Assembly: GCA_028534125.1 (NCBI GenBank)
Contig: CM052837.1
Location: 23,188,001-23,252,000 of the forward strand
DNA from: Lama glama
Lineage: Eukaryota
Reading direction: 5' to 3'
Length of the DNA: 64,000 nt
Of this stretch, positions 51,228 to 63,592 are shown piece by piece; within the stretch, counting starts at the first letter, position 1; the number at the start of each line of letters is the position of its first letter. The notes under the pieces are model-generated. The model saw only the letters and a program-made list of their open reading frames with translations. It searched no databases and was not told where the DNA came from. Made by a program: the position numbers and the translations under genes.

Positions 51228-51391
51228 NNNNNNNNNNNNNNNNNNNNNNNNNNNNNNNNNNNNNNNNNNNNNNNNNNNNNNNNNNNNNNNNNNNNNNNNN
51301 NNNNNNNNNNNNNNNNNNNNNNNNNNNNNNNNNNNNNNNNNNNNNNNNNNNNNNNNNNNNNNNNNNNNNNNNNNNNNNNNNNNNNNNNNNN
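51228..51391 (+). other. TOP1: Assembly gap (164 N) inferred to contain TOP1 exon 10 (about 122 nt)
   Basis: Exon 10 (KVMKLSPKAEEVATFFAKMLDHEY...) was not found. Exon 9 ends in phase 1 and exon 11 starts in phase 0. The gap ends about 910 nt before exon 11, similar to the short human intron 10 as I recall it. The 148-N gap at 50842-50989 is an alternative location. Confidence 0.65.
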
Positions 51392-52302
51392 TTAATATCC
51401 TAGCATCTTGCAAAAATATTGATCAAACTACTAAGTAATAAGCTATAATTTTATCCCCCAAAAATCCCTGATGTAAAACTTGAGTTTTATGAATTTTGTT
51501 GTATTAAAGTGGTTTTTTTTTTTTCTGTTCATTTACTATATTATACAGGGTTTCTATCCAACAAGAATACCTACATTTCTTTCCTCCTAGCTCTCATAGG
51601 GCTGTAAGGGGCTGTTTATCAGATCAGGCCAAACAGAAAAACTCAGCTCCAGTTGCACAAAAGAAAGTTTTTCTCTGCAGGACTGCTTGCTCTCTGTCAT
51701 TGCAAAAGAAAGATAGATAGGTTAGTGTTGTCCCATTCCCTCTTAATTCTTGCTCATTAGCTTTGGGTACTTTCTGCTCTTAAAACCACATATCCTATGT
51801 CTACCTAGGTAATTTTAAACAATTTCATTATTCTCAATTTGAATAATGTGAACAGAAGCCTGAGCTGAAATTTACCTTCTGAATAGCCCTGGAAGTCAGA
51901 TTTAATAAATGAATAGAGCAGGGATAGTGTTTCTAAGAGAGAATGAATAGGGGACTATTTCTCTCATTATTAAAATGAATGATACATATTCATGTGTCTC
52001 CAGCCGGGACATTCATATGCTTAAGGGACTGTGGCAATATGCCAAGGAGTCTTAAGAAACTACGTAAGAGTTTCCTTTTTCAATGATGTCGTTTGACGTG
52101 TTTTTCTATCAAATACATATTTTTATGATAGAACGAAGTAGTAAAATTGTCTCTCTCTTTTTTTTCCTCCACCCAAAACTCACTCAATTTAGATTGACTG
52201 CCTCTCCAGATACCTTTTGACTGAAAGTGTGATCCTTTGCTATAATTGCAAAGAAACCTGAGGTCTTATCAGTTCTTCTTTCTTCCCTTTTCTTTTAACT
52301 AG

Positions 52303-52425
52303 GAAATGACCAATGAAGAGAAGAATATTATTACCAACCTAAGCAAATGTGATTTTACCCAGATGAGCCAGTATTTCAAAGCCCAGTCAGAAGCTCGGAA
52401 ACAGATGAGCAAGGAAGAGAAACAG
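52303..52425 (+). CDS. TOP1: TOP1 exon 11 (123 nt): EMTNEEKNIITNLSKCDFTQMSQYFKAQSEARKQMSKEEKQ
   Basis: Long pyrimidine tract, then aactag|GAAATG...AAACAG|gtactg. Confidence 0.98.
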
Positions 52426-52944
52426 GTACTGCAGAATTTCTTAAACCTTGGAAGAATTTGGGGATTGTGGTTATTTTATCTAATTTTCTTCTTGGTTCTT
52501 ACAGAACAGTTTGACTTCAGTAATTTCACATGGCTCTATAACACCTTTAGGATTCTCAGCCTAGTAAAGTTTAAATTTTCTTAAGGGTTTTATGTAGACT
52601 GAAAGTTATGAATAAAGGACAATGTTTAATGGCTCAGTATAAGAACTCTAGTGTTCTCCTGACTAAAAGCCAGCCAGTAGCTCCAATAATACAATATTTA
52701 AGGATGGGCAGATCTGACCCACAGTAGCTCCTGGATATTAGTGATTTAAGACAGATAAAATAATATTGGCCATGTACACTCAACACACACACTCACCACC
52801 TGCTCCCTACCACACCCCCCGATCTTTGATCTCTCTTACTCTGGAATCTAGCCACACTTATCAGTCTTCATCTTCTGGTTTTGGCCAGCCTCATTCCTGA
52901 AGGATCTTTCTAGTATCCAGCTGGGATGTCACTTTTTTCTAGAG

Positions 52945-53135
52945 TAGTGGTAGGCAGGCTATAGGCTGTTTATTTTTATAAGAATGTGTAATTGGAACTC
53001 AGCTACATCTACTTGTTTATGTATTACCTGTGGCTGCTTTCATGTGACAGTGGCAAAGTTGAGTAATTGCAGCAGAGGCTGTGTGGCCCTCAAGCCTAAA
53101 AGATTTTCTATCTAGAAAAAGTTTGCCATCCCTTG
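52945..53135. mobile_element. MER58A-like hAT-Charlie MITE
   Basis: attggaactcagctac...tggctgctttcat...gcaaagttgagtaattgc...aagcctaaaa...aaaagtttgccatccct. 8-bp TSD ttctagag / atctagag fits the NTCTAGAN target. Confidence 0.8.
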
Positions 53136-53894
53136 ATCTAGAGGAGTCCAGGCTGGAGTTAGGTTATTAGTAGTATTATTTTAAATCAGAGGTCCAGAAG
53201 TTAAGGATTTTAAGGAATTCTTTGCAATTCAAAGCCTCGTATTTTCAACGTAGTAAACTTGTGTGTTTGTATAATTTAAGCCATTGTCTTTATATAACTC
53301 TTTTACCATAGAATCATCAGAATCTTACCTGCATCAGACTTTTCAGTCTCAGCTTAGTCTTCTCCCCAGTATTCCAAATTAGTGAAATTAGGTTTATTTT
53401 TCACTTCAGGGTTTTTCAAATTAAAAACCACTTTAGGGAAGTTTTTGTAAGTGTCACCTTGTCAAGAGTCTCTGCCAGGGATACCTGTTGCCAGCAAGTT
53501 TAGGATCCGTTTCTACTCACAAGGCAGCAGGACTTAGTTCAGTTGAATTGCTAAGTGTAATATGAATAAAGAGTCAGCAAAGGGTATGGAGGCTCCATAT
53601 CCTCCCTTTTTGGAGCAAGGATCACAAAGTATAAAATACATATACCCATGTGCTGGGGGAGAATCCATAATAGGTTTGTTTGCACTTGAAAACCTATATG
53701 AAATGCTTTTCACATGGGGGAATTTTATTGTATTTAAGTTAAAAAATCTCCTAGGTTTTCCTTTATTTGAATTAGTTTCTTTGTAATTTTTAGACTTGTC
53801 TATACCTTGACATGTTCTCACACAAGAGCTAAGAATTTATGAGTTGAGAATGGTGGTTTGAATCTCTTTTGTGTATTTCCTTGCTATCTTTCAG

Positions 53895-54082
53895 AAAATC
53901 AAAGAGGAGAATGAAAAATTACTGAAAGAATATGGCTTCTGTATTATGGATAACCACAGAGAGAGGATTGCCAACTTCAAGATAGAACCTCCTGGGCTTT
54001 TCCGTGGCCGTGGCAACCATCCCAAAATGGGCATGCTCAAGAGACGGATAATGCCTGAAGATATAATCATCAACTGTAGCAA
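53895..54082 (+). CDS. TOP1: TOP1 exon 12 (188 nt): [62 protein letters not shown](K)
   Basis: ctttcag|AAAATC...AGCAA|gtgagc; contains the FRGRG lip loop (human F361-G365, including camptothecin-contacting R364), which is intact. Confidence 0.99.
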
Positions 54083-54344
54083 GTGAGCACAGTTCATCCT
54101 TCGGCAAGAAATGGAGTGGCAGGCTTCTTTGTTCTTGGTAGTTGAGAATCTCCCCCATGTTACAGAGGACTGTTTGGGAGCTGCCCCGTGTTTCTATGTT
54201 TAGACCTCCAAGTGTTTATCATATATTGGCTGGTCAGGAGGAAACTTGGAAATACATGCTCAGCAGATTTATCCACTTCAGGTCATAAAAGGTGAAATTG
54301 TTCCTCACGTCTCATTTCACTGCTTTCCTGCTTTATTTCCACAG

Positions 54345-54489
54345 AGATGCCAAGGTTCCTTCTCCTCCTCCAGGACATAAATGGAAAGAGGTCCGACATG
54401 ACAACAAGGTTACTTGGCTAGTCTCCTGGACAGAGAACATCCAAGGTTCCATTAAGTATATCATGCTGAACCCTAGCTCACGAATCAAG
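54345..54489 (+). CDS. TOP1: TOP1 exon 13 (145 nt): [48 protein letters not shown]
   Basis: tttccacag|AGATGCC...ATCAAG|gtaagt. Confidence 0.99.
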
Positions 54490-54675
54490 GTAAGTGGAAG
54501 TTGCATCAGTTAGTGGGGCTAATAATTTTTCTTTTTGTTGTAATGTTCTCAGCCTTGAGAATCACTTGGACAAAGGAAAAACCCTCCCCAGAAAAAGAAG
54601 GCAAGTACTTTCATGGTTAGCATTATCTGGTGATCTCCCAAAGATACATCTATTTTCTTCATCACATTGTAATCT

Positions 54676-54810
54676 TATTCATTTATTAATTCACAAATGT
54701 TTACTGAAATCCCAATATGAGCCTGACATTGTGTGTGCATGGTGCTAGGAATTGTGTTGGTAAACAAGATGGACACAGTCCCTGCCTTCACATTGCTTAC
54801 CATCCAGTGG
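54676..54810 (-). mobile_element. L2 3' end
   Basis: attcatttattaattcacaaatgtttactga...gtgctagga...ggtaaacaagatggacacagtccctgccttca. Confidence 0.75.
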
Positions 54811-55791
54811 TCAGATTGTGGTAAATGTATGTTGACCTCTGTAGCTCTTTTGCCCTTCACTTTTCTTGGCTCTGAAGAAGGGAATGTAATTACTCTGAAT
54901 CCAGAAAGAGGTTGTAAAATTTGGAGTCTTACATACTCTGTCTTCCTAAGATTTCATCTGGGTAGATTTCACCAGGACCAAGTGGGATGATGTATGTGAA
55001 AGCGTATCATAAACTACTGGGTGTCCATGTGTTGCTGTTTATTGATACTATTACTGAAAGGGGAAACCTTACTTGGAAGGGCAGTCAGTTCTTATCAGCC
55101 TGCTAGGCATATCCTGCTTGGGAGAGTCTCAGGCATACTATGGAAATGTGAACAGCAATGTCAAAGAAAGATGGGCTCCACAAAAAAGTCGGGGAATTAG
55201 TTCTGTATGGAATGACTGTTTACAAGCAAGCAACTAGGACTGAAGATCTTAATCTCGGTTTATACGTTGTTAAACATTTAGTAAGATTTTAAAGCCATAG
55301 CTCAAAAGGCTGTGTGTCTTTTTGAGACTAAACCTACAGTCTTACAGTCTTCTGTCCTAATGAAAAATATCCATCTATATATATTTTCTTCAATTCAAGT
55401 AGAAAATGTCACTTTTTTTTTTCAAAGTTTAGAGTAAGTATAGAATCTGAATGAGAACCCCTGTGGCAAGTAAAAGTCAAGTCATTTAAAGAAACACGTT
55501 GTGTATTCCTCTCCTGAAATATCACAGAACTCTAGGGCTACCGAGGTAGACGAACAGTGATTTTATTTCTCAAAACACTGGTAGACTGTGGGCAATCAGG
55601 TAAGAATTCAATTGTATTAGAAAGGTAAACATTAAATGCTTTAGATAAATAGAGCAGTTATTTCCAGCAGTTACAGATTAGGAAAAATTTTGTGAAGAAA
55701 GTTGGATCTTAGAGGTATTTCAAACAGAGAAATGTGTCATTACAGGCAGAGAGGGAGGAGTGTGAAAAGGAGTACCAAAAAGAATTATCAA

Positions 55792-55878
55792 GTGGTGATG
55801 GTTATACAACATTGTGAATGTGCTAAATGTTACTAATGGTAAATTTTATATTATGTGTGTTCTACCACAATTTTAAAA
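55792..55878 (+). mobile_element. Short L1MB-like 3' tail
   Basis: gtggtgatggttatacaacattgtgaatgtgctaaatg...atggtaaattttatattatgtgtgttctaccacaatt, flanked by aaaagaattatcaa / aaaaaagttatcaa. Confidence 0.75.
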
Positions 55879-56229
55879 AAAGTTATCAAAATAATGGATA
55901 TTAGATTAACTTTAAAGTATTTTCACATAAGTTGATATGTGATTCTCTTAACAACCACACCAGACATGTACTAATGCCATTTTACAGATAAATAAATTTA
56001 GTCTCTAAGAGGCCAGAAAGCTTGCCTAAGATCCAGTAGCTAGTAACTATTACCTTAGATCTTCAGCCCCCTGTTGCCTTCCTGTGATACCCCACTGCCA
56101 AATCATGGCCAGCCTTAAATGTCATGCTAAAGTGGCTGGACCATTCTGCATCTGATAGAGAACCATTGACTTGGAACAGAGGAGTGTCTTGAACATAACC
56201 CCACTTGAGCAAGATTTATAGGCATTATG

Positions 56230-56830
56230 TGTGATCACATCAATAAATATGAACTGTTGTAAATGCTGCAATGGGAAAGTACAGGGTACCATTTAAGAGT
56301 ATACAGGGGCGCCTGATTTGGTCTCTGGGGTTCAGGGAAGGCCTTTCTGAGGAAGTGACATTTAAGATGAGACTTATAGGATGAATAGGATTTATCCATG
56401 GAAAGGTAGGAGAATGAGTTCCAGAAAATGGAAATAGCCTTTTGAAATCCCTGAGGTGAGAGAGCTTGGTGGTCTTGACTGAAAGAAGGTCACTGTACTT
56501 GGGGTTATAGGAGCAAGAGAGAGACAGGAGGAGGAGACTAGAGAGGGATGCAGGCCAGATCTTCAGACTCTTCCTTGAAGTTTTTTAATATTAGCTGAAA
56601 TCAGTAGGAAGCCACTGGGTTTTAAAGAGGGGGTGACACCACGTTTCTGTTGTAGAAATGTGGCGTAATTGATCTTTCTGACTGCTGCTCTGTGGAGACT
56701 GTATTGGACACAAACAGGAAGTAGGGAGACCATTAGGAGGCTGTTGCAGTACTTACGGCAAGAAATGGCGATGACCTTCACAAGGGGGTGGCAGTGGGGG
56801 TTAGAGAAATGAACAGATGCCAAAATATAT
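56230..56830 (-). mobile_element. L2 element
   Basis: cagggaaggcctttctgaggaagtgacatttaagatgagac...ggaagccactgggttttaaagagggg...ggagaccattaggaggctgttgcagt. Confidence 0.8.
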
Positions 56831-57329
56831 ATAGACAGTATGCTCTTCCAGGCAGGATTAGAGTTGATTGTAGGCGAGTCCCTTGAGGGTTGAGAGTCTC
56901 ACTAAATATGCCAAGTGGAGTACCTTAAGGGCAGAGAGGCAGCCAATTTATTCCAGACAATATCCAGATAACGCCTATGCACTGTAAGGATTTGTGTGGG
57001 TTTCTGAGTGATGGTTACGGTAGTAAACCAAGAAAACCCCCCAGACATAGGCCTTGCCTAGAACCTTACCCTAGGACAGAGTGGCTCATTCCAGTCAACT
57101 GGGCTGGGATCCTGAGTCATGAAAAATGGTTAAAAGCTTGGCAGGTGGTACTGTTAAGGGAAAAGAAGTATGACTTCTTCAGCTTTCTGCTGGTCCACCT
57201 TGGCTATTTCCCACTCAATAGAACAGCGAGGTTGAGGTTTGACAGTATGTTTAATAGTTTTTTCACTGCATTGCCAGCAGGAGAAACATTCTCTTTTTGA
57301 TAAAAAATAGAAAGATAGAAGCAATAGAG

Positions 57330-57885
57330 GTTTTATTTTTAATGAAATATTTCAGATATATAAGAATAGATATAATATAGTGAACACTCACATACCCACC
57401 ATCTGGCTCTGTCAGACCTTAATATCATGTCCTATTTGTTTAGTTGCTTCATTTCTTAAAAAGTTTTTTGATAAACACAGTTAAAGCCCCCTGTGTACCA
57501 TTCATCTTTCTCCTTGGAGATTACTGTAAGGAATTTAATGTTTTCACTCTTGTGTGTATTTTTGTATTTTTACATTATATTATGTCTGCATAAACAATAT
57601 GAAGTATTATTTTACAAAGTTTAATTTTAAATTAGATATGTTATTGAGATCATTTCTGCACCTGTTTATTTCACATAGCTTTGGTTTTGAGATTTTATTA
57701 TCTTGACCCACATTTCTAATTTATCCATTTCATTTGCTACATTGTATTCTATTATGTAAAAAATGATCTATTCTCTTAATGAAACATTTAGGGTTTGCAG
57801 TTTCTTTTGCTGTTACGAATAGTGCTGGAATAAAGATATTTTCCTTGTGTATGTAAGTGAAAATTTCCCTTAAAGATTTATTTCC
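57330..57885 (-). mobile_element. Ancient L1ME-like 3' region
   Basis: atgaaatatttcagatata...aatatagtgaacactcacatacccacca...gaaacatttagggtttgcagtttcttttgctgttacgaatagtgctg. Confidence 0.65.
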
Positions 57886-58151
57886 AAATTCTTCTCTAAA
57901 GGGCTTGAACTGGTGCACATCACTACCATCCTCCCAATATTGCGTACAGGTTTCTATCTCTTTCATATTCTTGCTGTTTTTTTTTTTTTTAACATTGATC
58001 CTGTATATGACAACATTGCTGAACTCTAGTCTGAAAGTGTCTATGTCTTTTGGAGTTTCTATATAGACAAATAACCTATAAATAGAGACAGAAATAACCT
58101 GTACATAGAAACATCCATAAAAACTTAAACTTTCTCTAAGCAACAGTTGTC

Positions 58152-58188
58152 ACTAATTTTGTACTAATTTTGTACTAATTTGTGTACT
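58152..58188. repeat. 11-bp minisatellite, about 3 copies
   Basis: actaattttgt actaattttgt actaatttgtgt act. Confidence 0.9.
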
Positions 58189-60419
58189 CAGTGCCTTCTC
58201 TCTGGATTTACTTGTTGAAAATCACCCTTCACTGTTTATTTAATGAGGATCCATAGGTGGCAGATTCTCCCTTTGTTTGAACACTTCTTTATTTTAATCT
58301 TCATGATTTATTTATCTTTTCACCAATTTAAAATGTATCTATTATTGGTGATCTGTGGCTTCACTATGCTCTATCCAAGTATAGATATATATATATATAT
58401 GTATTTTTTTAATTTTTTGTTGAAGAATAGTTCATTTACAATGCTGTGTTAGTTTCTGGTGTACAGCAAAGTGATTCTTTTTCATATTCTCTTTTATTAC
58501 TCAGACTTTTAATCTGAAGACTGATGCATTTTTATTCTAGAAAACTCTCAGCCATTATTCCACAGCTTCTAGGACATTCTTTTCATTTACTTCTCTATCT
58601 CTTAGGTCTTTTCTTCGTTTGGGAGGAGTTCTCTAGGAGTTAACCTCTATTCATTAATTCTCTTTGATTATATCCAATCTAAAGTTTATCCCCTCTATAG
58701 TTTATTTCAAATATTATTTTTGCTTTCAGGATTTCTAATTATTTTATTCCATATCTACCTGATTTCATTTCTGTTATTTTGTAATTTTTTGTTCTTTTTA
58801 GTGGATATGATATTTTTTTCTCTTGAACATTTTTGTCTGATTGTTCTTTAAAAGGTTACCTGAAGTGAATTCATGTACTAATTATTGTCATATACCGAAT
58901 TTCTACATATATGTCAGACTGTTTCTGAACTCACTATCCATTTTCCTCATGTTTTGGAATTTGTAAAGCCCTTTTGACTGGGAGGTAGTTTTTGTCTGTG
59001 TATCATGCCCTTTTCCTCCTCTTTGCTCCCTGCTTCTCTGCTCATTCCTCCTGTCTTCGAGGAAGTCTTCTAACTCAGCTCAGCCCAAGCGAACACAGCC
59101 CCGGGCTTCAGGTCACCCCTTCCTGCATGGAGCACTTTCATTGTTACATGTTTGAAGCAAAGCGATGATTAAAGCAGGAATTCACTGACTAGATATGACC
59201 CAAAAGCCTGTGAAGAGTAGGTTTTTGTATTACAGTGTGAAGAGTGGATAATTGGTTTTACTTCATGGAGGACTTCAGGTCCAGTTTATGGGAGGCTACT
59301 GTTGTGGGGCTTTGTTTTATACCTTTTCGCTTCGCCTCCAGAGATTTCTCCTAAGACTCTGCTTGCTCTTGTATCTATATTTTGTTCATTCACTTCCCCC
59401 ATGTGATATTGTTATACCATTCTACTCTATCTCTGCTCCATCAGGAAATTTAGTTCAAGCATGATGTGGCTTACAGATTTTTGACAGTTTAAAAAATTTG
59501 GTTAGTGAAAGGTAAAGAACGAGCACAACTCAGGTGTGTCCCTTTGCTGCACCCTTGCCCCTTCCTGGAAATTTGGACGGGCCTACCTTGCAGTCATAGA
59601 CAGGGTCACACTACTTTCAGTCTTACAGGTCATGGAAAGGATGAGGACTTTGGAGAGCCTCAGTAACCCAGGAGCTCCAGCTCCTGAAAAGATTGTTCTG
59701 TGCTCATTCACATCTTTATTTGCTCATCTTGGTTTGTTCTGCTTTTCCTTCCAGGATTTCCATTATACAGACATCATCTTGCAAGGGTTTCTATTCCCTT
59801 CCTCTTCCACTCTTTATATGGTGCCCATAGAATCTGAAATAGAAGGGAAATGACAGTCAGCCTTCTGGACCCTGTAGTTTCAACAAAACTCTCTGATGCC
59901 AGATCTGGAGGTTACAAAAGGACTACTTTTAGTAGGTACTCACCTGCTAAGTCCCAACCCCTACCAAGCATTACCTAGTCTTATAAACTGGGAAAGTAAC
60001 CCTTAATAGAAGTAAGGTTCTTTGAACCAGTCTTAATTTTATAAACAAGATTTATCATCATGATTTTTCTTTTAAATGCAGTACAGCAAACTTCGGGATC
60101 AATGTTGCTATCACATTGCACTCAAACTAAAATATTCTCAGTGCCAAATATACACTTTTGCCTTTTCTCTCTTTAGAACCAGTAATTCTGTGATTTCAGA
60201 TGTATGTGACTACAATCTTTTAAATGTAACCATATGGGGATTAAAGGGCTGGACTGAAGAAAAATGTCTTTATAAAACTTTATAGTCTTGGAAAGCTCTG
60301 ATTTTGGTGAGCTTTATTAGAAGGAGAAAATAAAATGTGCTTATTTCTAAAAATTATATTCTGAACCCGACTTCCTAGTATACAGTTCTAAATTTTGAAG
60401 TGTAAGAGCTAGAACATTA

Positions 60420-61500
60420 AAGCTTCTGGATGGTATCATGGTAGAACATCTTCATGACCTTGGAGTAGATTTCTCAGGACATGAAATAAACACTAACAAC
60501 AAACTACTGGTAAAGTGGACTTTATTAAAATTAAAAACTTAGGTTCAACAAAGGACACTGCTAAGAAAATAAATATACAAGTTACAGACTGAGAGAAAAC
60601 ATTTGCAACGTGTATACCTGACATAGACTTGTATCCATAATATACCTTGAATCTTTATAACTCAGTAATAAAAAGACAAACATCCCCATAAAAAAGAGCT
60701 AAAGACTTGAACAGATGCTTTAGAAGGTAGAGGAATGGCCAATAAATTAGCACATGAAAGAGTGCTCAACATCACTAATAATCAGTGGAATGCAGATTTA
60801 AACCATGATGAGATACTAAGTCCAATTCTAGGTATTTTTGCTTCAAATAAAATGAAAACATAGGCCCACAAAAAGACTTGTACAACAACGTGCATAATGC
60901 TGTATTTACGTGAGTCCAAAACTGGAAACACCCCAAGGATCCATCATGTGAATAAACACCTTATGGTAATTATGGTATAGCCAAACCATTAGGGATAGTT
61001 ACAGAATATAATATACATACATACATACATATACCAGCAAGTAAAAGGAGTGAACTACTGATAAATACAGCAAAATGGATGAGTCTTTAAAACATGTTGA
61101 GAAGCCAGACACAAGAATCTATTAATTTTATGATTCCATTTATATAATATTCTAGATTAGGCAAAGCTAATATATGATAATAGAAACCAGATTAACCAAT
61201 GATTGCTTTGTTAGTGATTAACTAACTAGGAAGGGTCATAAGGGAACTTTCTGGGATGATAGAAATATTCTCTATCTTGATGGGGTATAGGTTACATGGG
61301 TTATATAGATTGTCAAACTGATCTAACTGTATACTTAAATCTGTATAACAAAGTCTTCGTAGAAGATCTATTCAGAATGAAAGTTTAAATAAGAAGTATT
61401 GGAAGAAAATACCCTACTTATATCTGAAAAGCATTTGAATATATAAAGAACTCTACAAATCAATAATAAAAAGACAAACATATTTAAGGATGGGCATGTA
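60420..61500 (+). mobile_element. Old L1M (L1MC/MD-like) ORF2 end plus 3' UTR
   Basis: tggactttattaaaattaaaaactt...acagactgagagaaaacatttgcaa...aaagacttgaacaga...agggaactttctgggatgatagaaatattctctatcttgat. Confidence 0.85.
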
Positions 61501-61551
61501 TAGAAAGCTGGTTGGATTTTATTTTCAAACATGATATAAACACATAGGGCC

Positions 61552-61687
61552 GGGCATGGGGAGGGGTATAGCTCAAGTGGCAGAATGCATGCCTAGCATG
61601 CATAAGGTTCTGGGTTCAAATGCTAGTACCTCCATCCCACCCCTCCCTAAAAAAAACCTAATTACCTCCACCCCAAAAAATAAATAA
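61552..61687 (+). mobile_element. tRNA-derived SINE, camelid Vic-1-like
   Basis: ggggaggggtatagctcaagtggcagaatgcatgcctagcatgc...gggttcaaat...cctaattacctcc...(taaa)n tail. Perfect 16-bp TSD ataaacacatagggcc at 61536-61551 and 61688-61703. Confidence 0.9.
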
Positions 61688-63448
61688 ATAAACACATAGG
61701 GCCAGTTTATTGTCTTTTCTTTAAATTATGTATGTTTGGGTTTCAGATTGCCATTCGCTCTGGATTCTGTTTAGGGAAACTGAAGGTCGTAGGGATAAGC
61801 ATACTTCCTAGAGGCAGCCCTCCCCTTTTACTAGACCAGGTGGCTTCCCCCACCACCCCTACCTCTGTGTCCTTATTTGAGAGAATCCTGGTTCCTTGTG
61901 CCAGAAGCCTAGCCAGCCTGTGAAGAAAAGTTGGTCTTGTGGTTATCCTCTGCGACTGGCTTATTTGTTAGGTTTTCTGAACTTTATTTCAGTGGTATGT
62001 AATGGATAAACCAATGGTCCCTACTGGATTTTTGAAGACTCAGACTCACACGTTGTTGGTCTTTGTGCATCAGCCTGATAGGAAGGAGCCCACTCCTGAG
62101 CTGGAGACCATGTGGTTGAAGATGAACCTTTTGTGTATGTGTAAGAATGATTATTAGGGATACTTCTTACAGACTTGTACATGAGGACAGCTTGCATCAC
62201 ACTTTTCTTATTCACCCTCTTAAAGGTCAGAATGTACTTAGTGAGAAATTTTCAGCTTCCCATTGTCAGGAAATAGAACTTGGTAGTTACTGAACCTCTT
62301 GTATTTTGTAGCCAAACAAGTACATACAGCTAGTCCTCACACACAGTTGTGGGAAAGTGCTGATGACTCATTAGCATACCTGGATAAGGTTTCATCTCTG
62401 AACGTTAGGAGCTAGAAGTAGAAGACATTTCTTGCTCTATGTACCCTACACTCCTGTGTGCTCAGAAGACCAGTTAGAGTTCTTATATACCTCAAGGACT
62501 ACATGTCTGTGTCATAAGCATATGAGGGTAGAAATCACTGCAACTCTCTTTGGTTGTCGGGTGGGGGAATTCTTGAGTTCTTAAATTGTGTCCCTGTGTC
62601 CATGTCATATAGTCTGTGTCAGGCCTTGTAATACTCCCTGGCCCTTGTGGATTTCTTGGATTTTTTTTTTTTGTTTTTTTCCTTCCTCACCTTTCTCACT
62701 TGACATTATCAGTCCTTGATTGTGGATCTCTGAATCTCTTCCCAAGGAAACAGAAATCATCTTCCATCACTGTTGATAAGGTTGTCTTTTTATACCCCTT
62801 TAAAAATCTTGCAGTGGCTTTAAAATCGATTTTTAAACCTGCCACCAAAAACTCTAACGTTTAAAAAACAACAACAAAGGAAAGAAAAGAAAGACTTACC
62901 AGTAACATTGTTTCCCTCAATCTCATCAGGAATACTTTTAAATGCAGAAAAGTTAGAAAATGGTGAATAATTATGGCAGTTCCTGGAAGGTACTGCGTTC
63001 CTTAGTAATTACATGTTGTACTCTTTGGTTCTGCTTCCTTGACAGTTCCATCGAACTGTGAATGAGTGTCTTGAATTTAATGAAATTCAGTCCTTGCAGA
63101 AAACTGCTGTTGTGTCACAGATTCAGCAGCAAAGCTGTGACGCTGATGTGGGAATAGCGATGTTTGTACCTTTTGTGTTGACAAGTTAGTTTAGGGACTT
63201 GCCAGGTGGGCTTTTCTTAAGAATATAAACCTTTTACAGAGAGAAAGCCAGAGGCTTTCTTAGAATCAGACAGCAGCCAGTTATGCTTGCCAGGAAAATG
63301 GGACAGCATGAGTTTCTATCAGGTAAATGCCTTGCTTACTTTAAGCTCAAGTTTGTTCTCTTTGGTTCAGAGCTCTGAATTTGGATATTCAGTCTGTTTT
63401 TATTCCACCATCCCTAAGCAGTTCACCTCTGGGGCTGGGTCTTTGCAG

Positions 63449-63592
63449 GGTGAGAAAGACTGGCAGAAATATGAGACCGCTCGGAGGCTGAAGAAGTGTG
63501 TGGACAAGATCCGGAACCAGTATCGAGAAGACTGGAAGTCCAAAGAGATGAAAGTCCGGCAAAGAGCCGTAGCCCTATACTTCATCGACAAG
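63449..63592 (+). CDS. TOP1: TOP1 exon 14 (144 nt): [48 protein letters not shown]
   Basis: ctttgcag|GGTGAG...GACAAG|gtgaga. Confidence 0.99.

Larger units (their letters stand above)
20979..63592 (+). other. TOP1: TOP1 gene body, span of visible exons 3-14 (exons 1-2 lie upstream and exons 15-21 downstream of the window)
   Basis: Ten collinear exons translate to topoisomerase IB N-terminal and core sequence (e.g. [60 protein letters not shown]), all with AG/GT boundaries. Confidence 0.99.

Noticed and set aside
20979-63592. TOP1 as a pseudogene or true loss of exons 4 and 10
   Set aside because: All visible exons are intact with canonical splice sites, and both missing exons map to N gaps of suitable size.
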